Source of the DNA: Candidatus Cloacimonadales bacterium
GTDB taxonomy: Bacteria > Cloacimonadota > Cloacimonadia > Cloacimonadales > JAIOQZ01
Direction of reading: 5' to 3'
Length of the DNA: 64,000 nt
NCBI GenBank assembly: GCA_963662655.2
Contig: CAXXTU010000002.1
Coordinates: 2,752,001-2,816,000 of the forward strand
The first letter of the stretch is position 1. Each line of letters opens with the position of its first letter. Shown in pieces: positions 29,667-39,623 of the stretch. The position numbers and the translations under genes were made by a program. Below the pieces are notes generated by a model. It was given only the letters and a program-made list of their open reading frames with translations. It searched no databases and was not told the origin of the DNA.

Positions 29667-31253
29667 ATGAAATACTTATACATAGCCATTTTACTAACAG
29701 CCTGCGCACTGCTATTTACTGAAAACCACCTTGACATCGTATGGGAGCAACAAGGCGAACAGCCAAGCGATGATTATGGTTTCTATGTCATTTCACTCGA
29801 TTTCAACGGTGACGGTATTAACGATTTAGCGGTGAGCGCTAAACGTTATCATGTTGATCCAGAAAATACAACATATAGTGGAAAGCTATATGTTTATTTC
29901 GGATCTGAAACTGGGCTTTCGACCATGCCTGATTTAACCGCATCCACTCCAGTGGATACAACATTCCTTAATATCTGGAGATTTGAACAAATTAACAATC
30001 TTGGCGACATGAATGGCGACGGATGTGATGATATCGGATTCAAATATCTTGAAAGAAGCGTAGATGATCCCTATAATCCTTATAGGTGTATGAAGATATT
30101 GCTCGGTAATACTGAGCAAGACACAATCCCTGATTTTGAATTCGAGGTTAACGACTCAGTTTGTGAAATCAACCCATTGGGCGATATCAACGGTGATGGT
30201 TACGACGATGCAGGGATTACCGAAGATAATGGTCCTGTCTCCTACTATATCGTCTATGGCGGCAGCTTCGAGAAAGTATCCTTCGTAGATAGTGTTTACA
30301 CACGCAATGGACGCGGCTTTCGAGGCTTGGGAGACGTAAACGGTGACGGATACGATGACTTCAGTTATTATTATGAACTCGACTGGGATGGTACCTACTA
30401 TCGTCATTACAACTGCTTCTTCTATGGCGCTCCTACTCTTAGTACATCTCCAGACCATGTTCTTGAATTTCTCGCCATTCCGAATCTTTGGTACGAACTT
30501 TGGCCTGCCGGTGACTGGGATGGTGATGGCTATGATGATTTCGTAATCTCAGGTTATGATGTGGACGAAGAATCCATGACCGCGATCGGTTGTCCCTTAT
30601 GGCGAGGCGGCGAGACCATTCACTGGGATTGGTACGGTTATATCGAGTATTATTCTGCCTTAATGCCGTCATTTGGTGACCTCAACAACGACGGTAAAGG
30701 AGACATCGTAAACCCTTATCATATCTCAGGTGCAGGAGGGATCATTTATTTCTACTTGGGCGATCAAAATGGAACCATGGATTATCATCGAGGTACTACT
30801 GAACAAGGTTTTGGTGAGATTGACTCTTATGCAGTAGGAGACTTCGACAACGACGGTTATGATGATATTGCCGTTGGTGCGTATGGAAATGGCAGCAACT
30901 ATAACACGAATTGGGGCTATGTTTACGTTTATGGCGGACATGATAACCTGGTAGAGCAAGATCAGGACGCAACGGATGACGAAACCGTACCGCCTACGGA
31001 CATCACCTTCAATGCATACCCCAATCCATTTAACCCGGAAATATCGTTCGAGATAAAAATGAACCATGAGCTTCATGACGTAAAGATTGAAATTTATAAT
31101 ATACGAGGGCAAAGACTCGTTACGATACCTGTCAGCATAACACACGATACCATAACTTGGGATGCCGAAAATTATGCCAGTGGCGTCTATTTCTGCAAAC
31201 TCAATGCCGGAAGGAAAATATTACAGACAAGGAAGGTGACATTGATGAAGTGA
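29667..31253 (+). CDS. Secreted FG-GAP repeat protein with T9SS-type sorting domain (copy 2)
   Basis: Paralogue of 28013-29605; start set at 29667 by identity with copy 1. Confidence 0.85.
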   Translation: MKYLYIAILLTACALLFTENHLDIVWEQQGEQPSDDYGFYVISLDFNGDGINDLAVSAKRYHVDPENTTYSGKLYVYFGSETGLSTMPDLTASTPVDTTFLNIWRFEQINNLGDMNGDGCDDIGFKYLERSVDDPYNPYRCMKILLGNTEQDTIPDFEFEVNDSVCEINPLGDINGDGYDDAGITEDNGPVSYYIVYGGSFEKVSFVDSVYTRNGRGFRGLGDVNGDGYDDFSYYYELDWDGTYYRHYNCFFYGAPTLSTSPDHVLEFLAIPNLWYELWPAGDWDGDGYDDFVISGYDVDEESMTAIGCPLWRGGETIHWDWYGYIEYYSALMPSFGDLNNDGKGDIVNPYHISGAGGIIYFYLGDQNGTMDYHRGTTEQGFGEIDSYAVGDFDNDGYDDIAVGAYGNGSNYNTNWGYVYVYGGHDNLVEQDQDATDDETVPPTDITFNAYPNPFNPEISFEIKMNHELHDVKIEIYNIRGQRLVTIPVSITHDTITWDAENYASGVYFCKLNAGRKILQTRKVTLMK

Positions 31254-31306
31254 GCCTCTCAACAGAGTTGAAGCATGTATCGAAGGATGGCAGGGAAGTA
31301 GGATCG

Positions 31307-32638
31307 CTATTCCTCTTCCACCGTTTCACGTGAAACCTGAGTGGTGTCGGGAATCTCCGGCTGCGAAATGGGCTCCGGTTTCCTCACGCTGAACATTCCC
31401 GGTTGCTCGCGGCGGAAATCCCTGATCCAGCGAAGCGTCTGGTAGTAGTGGTTGGAAGCGTGCCACAGCATGTAGCCGTCCGCACCGGCCTCATGTATCG
31501 CCGCAATCTGCGACCTGACATACTCCGGCTCGTAATGAACCTTCCATCCGTTTGCCTGGATGTACGGCACCACGCGACAATCGGGATCGCTATTCTGCAT
31601 CGCTTTCACGGTTCCCTGGAAAACAATCTGGAACGGCTCGTTCTCCACGTTCTTGCGGAAGTTGAATCCCGAGAAGAAGTGCGAGGAATAGAGCATGGGG
31701 TGTATCTTGTGCAGGTGCTTCGTCATGCGGGAAAGTTTCTGGCCGGTATTGGCGATATCCACCTTGCCCTGCCACGCGACGATGGCGAACACGTCCGCCG
31801 TCAGTTTGACTCCATGTCTGTCGCAAACCTTCCGGCAGTTGGCCACCACCTCTTCGATGATGTCCTCTTTCTGCCTCATCACGGCGGTTGAATCGCGCTC
31901 CATGCGCTCCATATCTTCGATCTGGAACGCGAACAGGGCGGAGTCAGCGCCACCCTGTGTGGGGAAGCGGATGTAGTCCATCTGAATCTCATCCACTCCG
32001 CTGGAAGCAACCGCATCGATCAGGTTGTAAAGGCTCCGCTGCACGTATGGATTGGATGAATCGAGCCAGGACGGGCCGTTGCGGTCGTTCTCCGTCCAGG
32101 GAATCCCGGGCTCGAGCTGCGGACGGAGTGTGCTGTCCCTTCTTGCCAGATGCTGATCGTGGAACATCACAACGCGAGCCGTCGCGAACATCCCATACGA
32201 GTGGATTTTCTCCACCACGGCGGGGATATGGATGTCCTTAACATACTTGTGCGGAAGGTAAAAACGGTCATCGGGCAGCGGAACGAATACCTTCCCCTCC
32301 ATGTTCTTCACATCGAAAACCACCGAATTGATTCCCGCGCTGTCTGCGGCGGCAAGGATGGTGTCGAAGCGGGAACTGAAAACGGTGTACGCGTTAAGGT
32401 AGATGCCTTCCACAAACTCGGGGTCGCTCCAGGTCCGGTGTTTCTTCGCAGGAAGCGAAGAGGCGGTTACGTCGGGAACGTCGATAATCTCTGGTTTCGC
32501 GATTCCCGGAATCGAATCGGCGATCGCTGTGGTGGACGTATCGGGTTGTGCGTGTTGAGCCTGATCGGCTCTCTCGACGTTGTTCCGGCACGCTGCCAGC
32601 GCGAAAAGCGCGAGAAGCAAGATAATGAGTCTATTCAA
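31307..32638 (-). CDS. Putative glycoside hydrolase lipoprotein (DUF4015-like)
   Basis: TTG start, lipobox LAAC; INSVVFDVK, ARVVMFHD, GVDEIQMDYIRFP. Confidence 0.75.
   Translation of the reverse strand: MNRLIILLLALFALAACRNNVERADQAQHAQPDTSTTAIADSIPGIAKPEIIDVPDVTASSLPAKKHRTWSDPEFVEGIYLNAYTVFSSRFDTILAAADSAGINSVVFDVKNMEGKVFVPLPDDRFYLPHKYVKDIHIPAVVEKIHSYGMFATARVVMFHDQHLARRDSTLRPQLEPGIPWTENDRNGPSWLDSSNPYVQRSLYNLIDAVASSGVDEIQMDYIRFPTQGGADSALFAFQIEDMERMERDSTAVMRQKEDIIEEVVANCRKVCDRHGVKLTADVFAIVAWQGKVDIANTGQKLSRMTKHLHKIHPMLYSSHFFSGFNFRKNVENEPFQIVFQGTVKAMQNSDPDCRVVPYIQANGWKVHYEPEYVRSQIAAIHEAGADGYMLWHASNHYYQTLRWIRDFRREQPGMFSVRKPEPISQPEIPDTTQVSRETVEEE
31322..31337. promoter_or_regulatory. parS site
   Basis: CGTTTCACGTGAAACC. 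Confidence 0.8.
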
Positions 32639-34760
32639 ATTGAAGCCTGTAGAGGTCGTAATATACGCCTTGTTGCGCGATGAGCTGATCATGGGTTCCC
32701 TGTTCGACGATTTTACCCTTGTGGAGCACGATGATGCGGTCCACGTGTTTGATGGTGGAAAGCCGGTGCGCGATGATGATGGAGGTGCGTCCCTTCATCA
32801 CCACCTTGATCGCTTCCTGAATCATCGTCTCCGTCTCGGTATCGATGTTGGAGGTCGCCTCGTCCAGAATGAATATCGCCGGATCGTACGCCAGCACCCT
32901 CGCGAACGCGATCAACTGGCGTTGCCCCACGGAGAAGGTCGAACCGCGCTCGGTGACTTCCTCGTCGTACTGGTCAGGCAGACTTTCGATGAAGGAATCG
33001 ACGTTCACGTATTTTGCCACCTGTTGCAGGGTGCTTTCGTCTATGGTCGTGTCGTTTAAAACAATGTTATCGCGGATGTTACCGGAGAAGAGGAATACGT
33101 CCTGCTGCACGATTCCGATGTTCTTTCGGATATCCTGGAGCCGGTAGTCCTTGAGGTTCTTGCCGTCGAGCAGGATATCTCCCTTCTGGAAATGGTACAT
33201 GTCCGTGAGGAGATTCACGATGGATGTCTTTCCCGAGCCGGTGTGTCCCACCAGCGCGACGCTTTCTCCCGGCGCGATGGAGAGGTCGATTCCCTTCAGG
33301 GCGTATTCGTCGTTGTTCAGATAGCTGAGCCACACATCCCTGAACTCGATGCTGCCGGAGACCACGACCGATTCGTCGTGGTCTTCACGATAATCCTTGG
33401 TGGGCTCGTCCATGAGCGTGAAGACTCTCTCGGCGCCGGACATCGCCGCCTGCAATACGTTGAACTTCTCGCTGATGTGGTGAATCGGGTCGAAGAAGCG
33501 ATCCATGTATTGAAGGAAAGCGATCAACAGCCCGATGGTTATCGCGTGTTTCAGTATCAAACCACCGCCATACCAGAGGAGCACGGCCACCACCACAAAC
33601 CGCATGGTGAAGATCAGTGGGCGGAAAATGGCGAATATCTTCGTCTGGCGAAATCCGGACGTGAAGTGCTGCCTGTTGATATCGGCGAAGTGGTTAACCT
33701 TGCCGGCGTACTGGTTGAAGAGCTGAATGATGCGGAATCCCGAAATGTCCTCGGAAAGGGTGGCGTTCAGCGCGGCCAGCTTCTTTCTCACATCGCGGTA
33801 AACCACGCGCACTTTGTCCTTGAACAGTTTCAGGTGAAGCACCACAAACGGTAGGATGCACAGCGTGACCAGCGCGAACTTGAAATCGAGAATCAGCATA
33901 GCGATGACGATTCCGACGACCATGATGAAGTTCTGAACCAGGTCGATGACACCGGCGCTGAGCATTTCATCCAGCGCGCGGATATCGTTCGTGACGCGCG
34001 TTACGAGCCTGCCCACTGGATTGTGATCGAAGTAGGTGAGCGGCAATTTCTGCAGGTGTCTGAAGGAGTCCTGTCGCAAGTCGTACATCGCGTTCTGCGC
34101 CGCGAAATTCACGAAATACACCTGAAGGTATTGGAAAATGAACCTGAGAATCACCAGCGCCAGGTAGATAACCCCGATGATGATCAGTTGGTGCATCGCA
34201 TCCGAGCGCACGGTAACGATTTCGTCCTTCGTGAGCATCGTTTTCCCGGGCGTAACCGAGAAAACTTCCTGTTTCACCGCGAATTGCGTGTCGGAAATCT
34301 GTCGATAGAGCGAGGGGTCGTTCAGGTTGTTCAGGATGGTGCGAGTCTCGTCGCTTACATCGCAAAGCACGTATTTTCCTTCGAGATAGCTTCCGTTTCC
34401 CTTGAGCTCTTCGAGGTCCTGTTTGAAGATACGATTGAGCTTCTTTATCGGCAGGATCACCGTCCAGGTATCGTTAAATTCGTAAGTCGTCAGCTTCAGC
34501 TTGCCGTATTCGGCGACGAACTTCAGGAATTCCTCCTGATCGTTGAATGTGACCACATTGAGGTCGGAAACGATGTATCGATCGACGGCGATCATGGAGA
34601 GGATGGGCATATAGAGCTGGATCGCGGTAAGGAAAAGCAGGAACAGCATCGAGATGATGACATGCCCCGTATATGGTTTCAGATAGCGGATCAACCTTGC
34701 AAAGAGCTTGCTATCGTAAATTTTCCCACCGATGTCGTCTGTATAGATGTTTCCTTTCAT
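32631..34760 (-). CDS. ABC exporter, fused permease/ATPase
   Basis: GHTGSGKT, FSVGQRQL, ILDEATS, IAHRLST; large periplasmic insertion after TM1. Confidence 0.92.
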   Translation of the reverse strand: MKGNIYTDDIGGKIYDSKLFARLIRYLKPYTGHVIISMLFLLFLTAIQLYMPILSMIAVDRYIVSDLNVVTFNDQEEFLKFVAEYGKLKLTTYEFNDTWTVILPIKKLNRIFKQDLEELKGNGSYLEGKYVLCDVSDETRTILNNLNDPSLYRQISDTQFAVKQEVFSVTPGKTMLTKDEIVTVRSDAMHQLIIIGVIYLALVILRFIFQYLQVYFVNFAAQNAMYDLRQDSFRHLQKLPLTYFDHNPVGRLVTRVTNDIRALDEMLSAGVIDLVQNFIMVVGIVIAMLILDFKFALVTLCILPFVVLHLKLFKDKVRVVYRDVRKKLAALNATLSEDISGFRIIQLFNQYAGKVNHFADINRQHFTSGFRQTKIFAIFRPLIFTMRFVVVAVLLWYGGGLILKHAITIGLLIAFLQYMDRFFDPIHHISEKFNVLQAAMSGAERVFTLMDEPTKDYREDHDESVVVSGSIEFRDVWLSYLNNDEYALKGIDLSIAPGESVALVGHTGSGKTSIVNLLTDMYHFQKGDILLDGKNLKDYRLQDIRKNIGIVQQDVFLFSGNIRDNIVLNDTTIDESTLQQVAKYVNVDSFIESLPDQYDEEVTERGSTFSVGQRQLIAFARVLAYDPAIFILDEATSNIDTETETMIQEAIKVVMKGRTSIIIAHRLSTIKHVDRIIVLHKGKIVEQGTHDQLIAQQGVYYDLYRLQFE

Positions 34761-35021
34761 CTCTCCGCCTGAATTCAATCATTGTAAGACTCTATAATTA
34801 ACGCCTCTGAACCAATTACCCTAAGCCGAAACGCGGGTACAGCGTCAAGCGTTTTCATGCAGAGACTTGCGATGGCTCTTCTTTGTTTTGGAAAAATCAT
34901 TCACTGTATGGAAGGCTGATAGACGCACGATCAAATGGTGCGCGATTTTCTGCTTGACGTTCAACCCGCATGATATTGTCTGATAGTAGAATATAATTCA
35001 TAAGACTGTGGAGGTGTTCAA

Positions 35022-35774
35022 ATGGCAGATGTCATTGATTATAAGATTTACGGAGACGATATGCAGCTCGTGGAAATCGAGCTGGATCCTGGCGAGGGGG
35101 TCCGTGCGGAAGTTGGCGCGATGACTTACATGGAAGACGGGATCCGGATGGATACCGGAACCGGCGGTGGATTGTTCAAGGGTTTCAAGCGCATGTTGAC
35201 GGGCGAGAGCTTCTTCATCACGACGTTCCTGAACGAGGATCGCGTGAAACGCCACGCGGCATTCGGCGCGCCGTTCCCGGGAAAAATCATTCCCCTGGAC
35301 CTGAATCGCTTCAACCGGATGTTCATTTGCCAGAAAAATTCATTCCTCTGCGCCGCCAAAGGAATCGACATCGATATTACCTTTACCAAACGCTTCGGAG
35401 CCGGACTTTTCGGTGGAGAAGGCTTTATTTTGCAGCGCCTATCGGGCGATGGACTGGCTTTTATTCACGCGGGTGGAACCATCGTGGAACGGCGCTTGCA
35501 ACCCGGAGAGAAGCTGCGGATCGATACCGGCTGCCTGGTCGGCATGGAAGAGAGCGTCCATTACGATATCGAATTCGTCGGCGGAGTCAAGAACGTGCTG
35601 TTTGGCGGTGAAGGGCTCTTCCTGGCGACGCTCAAGGGACCGGGCGTGGTTTACATGCAAAGCCTGCCGTTCTCTCGTCTCGCCGATCGGATCATTTCCA
35701 CGGCGCGTTTCAGGAATCAGGGAGAACAAAAGGGCCTGGGCGGTTTGCTGGGCGACCTGATCAGCGGTGATTGA
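35022..35774 (+). CDS. AIM24/TIGR00266 family protein
   Basis: GESFF, FGGEGF, IDTGCLV, GPGVVYMQSLPFSRLA. Confidence 0.88.
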   Translation: MADVIDYKIYGDDMQLVEIELDPGEGVRAEVGAMTYMEDGIRMDTGTGGGLFKGFKRMLTGESFFITTFLNEDRVKRHAAFGAPFPGKIIPLDLNRFNRMFICQKNSFLCAAKGIDIDITFTKRFGAGLFGGEGFILQRLSGDGLAFIHAGGTIVERRLQPGEKLRIDTGCLVGMEESVHYDIEFVGGVKNVLFGGEGLFLATLKGPGVVYMQSLPFSRLADRIISTARFRNQGEQKGLGGLLGDLISGD

Positions 35775-35794
35775 TTTGAATAAAGGAGATATTA

Positions 35795-37690
35795 ATGAAT
35801 CGTGAATTTACCCCGTTAACCGACAACGATGTTAGCAGATTGCAGGAGCAGGCTCGAACTGCCCGAACAGCGATACTTACCATGACAACCCTTGCCGCGT
35901 CGGGACACCCTGGCGGATCGATGTCGTCCATCGATTTCCTGCTGGGATTGTACAACCGCGCGAATGTCGATCCTAAGAATCCCCGCATGAAAGATCGCGA
36001 TCGCATCGTCGTCAGCAACGGACACATCTCGCCAGCGGTTTACTCGACGCTGGCGCTGAACGGATTTTTCGATCTCGACGCCGCCGTAACCGAATTCAGG
36101 CTCGCCGGAAGCATGTTCGAAGGCCATGTCGAACCGATCGTTCCCGGCATCGAGTGGGGAACGGGCAATCTTGGCCAGGGACTCTCAGCCGGTGTTGGAT
36201 TCGCCCTTGTGTCGAGGCTCAATGGAATCGACAACCATGTGTTTGTCCTCATGGGCGACGGCGAACAACAGAAGGGGCAGATCGCGGAAGCGAGACGTTT
36301 CGCGGTGAAATACGGCTTGACCAACATCACGGCTTTCATCGATTACAATCAGCTACAGATCGGTGGCGACATCAAGCACGTCATGCCGCAGAATATTCGC
36401 GACGGCTATATCTCCGACGGTTGGGATGTTATCGAGATCGACGGGCACGATTTCAGGGAGATCGATCATGCGCTGGAAGACGCGATGAATCACGATGCTC
36501 CGGTCGTCATCATCGCCAACACAATCATGGGTAAAGGCGTTTCCTTCATGGAAAACCTGGCAAAGTACCATGGTTCGCCCATCAACGCCGAGCAATACGC
36601 GCAAGCCTGCCGGGAGCTTGGAGTGGAAGACCGTTTGGAATATTACGCGGGACGTCGCAAGGAATGCAAACCGACCCACGGAACGATTTCACACACCGAA
36701 GTTACACTGAATGAAGGAACGCCTCGCGTTTACGATAAAAAGACCGACAACCGTAGCGCGTGGGGCAACGCCCTTGCCGATATAGCGAAAGCCAATGGCG
36801 ATAACAACGCGCCGATGGCCGTGTTCGATTGCGACTTGCAGGGAAGCGTCAAGACGGGCGACTTCGAGAATGCCGCTCCCGGGCGTTTCTTCCAGGGCGG
36901 AATTATGGAGCACAACACCGCGACCATCGCCGGCGCTGCTTCCACCTGCGGAATTCAGGCGTATTTCTCCGATTTCGGCGTGTTCGGTGTGGACGAGACC
37001 TACAATCAGCATCGCCTCAACGACATCAACGAGACCAACCTCAAGCTGGTTACCACACATGTGGGGCTCGATGTGGGCGAAGACGGCAAGACGCACCAGT
37101 GTGTCGATTACCTCGGCGTAATGCGCAACCTCTACCACTTTCCCGTCATCGTTCCGGCCGATCCCAATCAAACGGATCGCGTGATACGCTACATTTCCTC
37201 TCGCTACGGCAATTTCCTGGTGCCGATGGGCCGTAGCAAGCTGGAGCCTGTCCGCGATCGGGATGGAAACGTGTTATTCGGTGAAGACTACAAGTTCGAG
37301 TACGGTAAAGCGGATAAGCTTCGCGACGGATCCCGGGCTGCGATTATGGTGATGGGCACGCCGGCTGACAATGCCGTGAAGGCCGCGGATATGCTTCACG
37401 AGGGCGGAACGGATGTCCAGGTATGGAATATCTCCTGTCCCTGCGACATGGACGAGGAAGCGCTGAAAGAGGCTGCCGGAACGGGTATGCTCTTCACGGT
37501 TGAGGATCACAACGTGCACACGGGGCTGGGCGCGTGCGTGGCCATGAAGCTTGTCGATATGGGCTTGCGTTGCCGGTTGATTCGTATTGGCGTGGAAGAC
37601 TATTGCATCTCCGGCTCCGCTGAGGACGTGTATCGTTATGCCGGCCTGGATGCGCAGACTATTGCGGATAAGATTAAGGATAACCTATAA
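35795..37690 (+). CDS. tkt: Transketolase (single chain)
   Basis: GHPGG, DRIVVSNGH, GNLGQG, GDGEQQKG...N TPP motif, GEDGKTHQ. Confidence 0.9.
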   Translation: MNREFTPLTDNDVSRLQEQARTARTAILTMTTLAASGHPGGSMSSIDFLLGLYNRANVDPKNPRMKDRDRIVVSNGHISPAVYSTLALNGFFDLDAAVTEFRLAGSMFEGHVEPIVPGIEWGTGNLGQGLSAGVGFALVSRLNGIDNHVFVLMGDGEQQKGQIAEARRFAVKYGLTNITAFIDYNQLQIGGDIKHVMPQNIRDGYISDGWDVIEIDGHDFREIDHALEDAMNHDAPVVIIANTIMGKGVSFMENLAKYHGSPINAEQYAQACRELGVEDRLEYYAGRRKECKPTHGTISHTEVTLNEGTPRVYDKKTDNRSAWGNALADIAKANGDNNAPMAVFDCDLQGSVKTGDFENAAPGRFFQGGIMEHNTATIAGAASTCGIQAYFSDFGVFGVDETYNQHRLNDINETNLKLVTTHVGLDVGEDGKTHQCVDYLGVMRNLYHFPVIVPADPNQTDRVIRYISSRYGNFLVPMGRSKLEPVRDRDGNVLFGEDYKFEYGKADKLRDGSRAAIMVMGTPADNAVKAADMLHEGGTDVQVWNISCPCDMDEEALKEAAGTGMLFTVEDHNVHTGLGACVAMKLVDMGLRCRLIRIGVEDYCISGSAEDVYRYAGLDAQTIADKIKDNL

Positions 37691-37713
37691 AATAACATGG
37701 TAAGGGGTGCTGC

Positions 37714-38025
37714 ATGAAAAGACAATGGTTGATTCTTGTTCTCCTTGGGTTGTTGATTACCAGCTTGGTTCTCGGTGGATGCGAGAAGAAGAAAGAGAGT
37801 AAGCTGGATCAATTGAAGAAGAGCGGCGAAAAGCTTCTCGACGATGCCAAAGAAGCTGGAAAAGAGCTTGTGGACGATGCGAAGGAAGCTGGCGACGATA
37901 TCGTAGAGGAAGGTAAGAAGGCTCTGGATGAAGCCGAAAAGACCGGTAAGAAAGCTTTTGAAAACGCCAAAGACCAAACCGGCAAGATCGTTGATAAAGC
38001 AAAGGATCTTGTCGATAAAGATTGA
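37714..38025 (+). CDS. Small lipoprotein with 11-aa LEA/YtxH-like repeats
   Basis: Lipobox LGGC; GEKLLDDAKEA/GKELVDDAKEA repeats. Confidence 0.7.
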   Translation: MKRQWLILVLLGLLITSLVLGGCEKKKESKLDQLKKSGEKLLDDAKEAGKELVDDAKEAGDDIVEEGKKALDEAEKTGKKAFENAKDQTGKIVDKAKDLVDKD

Positions 38026-38048
38026 TCGTTCCATACAGGGGTGAATTG

Positions 38049-38807
38049 ATGAACGATAAACTTTTCGAGAGGATTCGAGATTGCCGGACGCTTCTGATCC
38101 GGGTGGTACGGCTACGGAGCGTGATACGGGGTCAATTGTTCCATAGCTCGGGCAAAATCCATAACGGTTACAGCTCCGGAAAGCGGAATTCGACGCCTCA
38201 GACATTCCAGAGGAATCTGACGATACTGCGCCGGTGTCTGTATCGGGAAAAGCAACTGATGGCGGTTGTCGAAAGGAGCTTTCCCGGTGCAATGAGCGAT
38301 TTGGCGCAATGTGTTTGTGAAGCGGATATGGAGAATATCCCCGTAAAGGAGAAACAGGCGAACCGTAGGCTTCTGAGGGCATTCAGGCTCTTGTGGAACA
38401 GCACGGATTTCATCTACAAGCGGATGCTCTTGCAGGAAGAATTCGTGGAGAAAGAGGATTTCGATTCATTCTACAGGTTTCTCAGGTACTTGAATAAACG
38501 CTCGCGGCTCGATTCGAAGATTATGGAGCTTGTCGTGTACCGGAGCGGTTGGGAAGTTTTCAAGGAGAAAACAGGTTACCTCAAGAGAAAGAATATCATC
38601 AATATGGGATGGGCAAGCTTGCTGTGGATCATTATCAGCTTCACCGTTGGGGATAATCTTCCGTTTACTTTACCGATGAAAATTCTGTGTCAGATCATGA
38701 TGTTTCTCGTGATTTTTGTTGTGAGTTCCCATACGTATGTTCATATCATATCGAGGGAAAAGTACGATTACTATAATCGGAAGCGATTTGAAAAATTGCT
38801 CTATTAG
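38049..38807 (+). CDS. Hypothetical membrane protein
   Basis: Long ORF with two C-terminal TM segments; start uncertain. Confidence 0.5.
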   Translation: MNDKLFERIRDCRTLLIRVVRLRSVIRGQLFHSSGKIHNGYSSGKRNSTPQTFQRNLTILRRCLYREKQLMAVVERSFPGAMSDLAQCVCEADMENIPVKEKQANRRLLRAFRLLWNSTDFIYKRMLLQEEFVEKEDFDSFYRFLRYLNKRSRLDSKIMELVVYRSGWEVFKEKTGYLKRKNIINMGWASLLWIIISFTVGDNLPFTLPMKILCQIMMFLVIFVVSSHTYVHIISREKYDYYNRKRFEKLLY

Positions 38808-38819
38808 CGAGGAAAGAGT

Positions 38820-39368
38820 ATGAAGCAGTTATTGATGATCCTGTTGGTGATCCTGTTGCTTGCCGGATGCCAGGGCCGTGAGAAGCTGAAAGAAGAAATC
38901 AAAGAGGAACTGGCCGATGAGCTGAAGGCCGAGCTGGTTGAAACGGTTATTCAAGAGCTTGATAAAACCGGCCGCTTGCTGAATCCCGATGAGTTGATTT
39001 CCGAAGAATCATTCAAGAAGTCGAGAGAGAAAAAAGAGGATTGGGAAATCGATTACAAGACGTTTACCCATAAAAAGTTTGAGAACCTCAATTACGCTCT
39101 ACCCAGCGATCCCGGTCATTATGTGACGATATCGCTCTCATTCACGTATCAGCGTAAGTATCGGAGAGTTTTTGCGGAGATATTGTCGAACAAAGAGAAG
39201 ATATTTGTCGGGATCGAGAAGATTCTATCGAGTATGACATACGATGATTTCTCGGATGCGCAAATCCGCGATGAGCAGTTTCCTGCCCGGATAAGAGATA
39301 TGGTGAATGAAACGATGAGAAAGGGTGAGATTGACAAAGTCGAGATAACATCGCTCATACTGAAATAG
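38820..39368 (+). CDS. FliL-like lipoprotein
   Basis: Lipobox LAGC; HYVTISLSF...ILSSMTYDDF...IRDMVN...IDKVEITSLILK resembles the FliL C-domain. Confidence 0.55.
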   Translation: MKQLLMILLVILLLAGCQGREKLKEEIKEELADELKAELVETVIQELDKTGRLLNPDELISEESFKKSREKKEDWEIDYKTFTHKKFENLNYALPSDPGHYVTISLSFTYQRKYRRVFAEILSNKEKIFVGIEKILSSMTYDDFSDAQIRDEQFPARIRDMVNETMRKGEIDKVEITSLILK

Positions 39369-39388
39369 GTTACATCCGTTTGCCTGAC

Positions 39389-39513
39389 GGCATGGCATCT
39401 TCGCCCGATCTCCCTTTACAGCGTGAAAGACCACATCATCGGGACTATCGAACGTAAAGATATGATGTGGAAGACCACGCAGTAAAGGGAGATCGAACGA
39501 ATCTGCTCATGCC
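39389..39513. repeat. 125-nt imperfect inverted repeat (long hairpin)
   Basis: Stems CGATCTCCCTTTAC/GTAAAGGGAGATCG, GCGTG/CACGC, CCACATCAT/ATGATGTGG, GGCATG/CATGCC. Confidence 0.85.
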
Positions 39514-39623
39514 TTTATCATTATCTATCGGACCGTCATTGATCTTCAATTGACCGGAGGCAATGTAAAAAATGCTTTACTCTGGAAAAATGGGGGTTAT
39601 ATTGTGACGCGGAGGTACCGAGG

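Noticed and set aside
39389..39513. 6S RNA, SRP RNA or integron attC
   Set aside because: No large central bubble and too short for 6S, no SRP GGAA-loop motif, no RYYYAAC/GTTRRRY ends.
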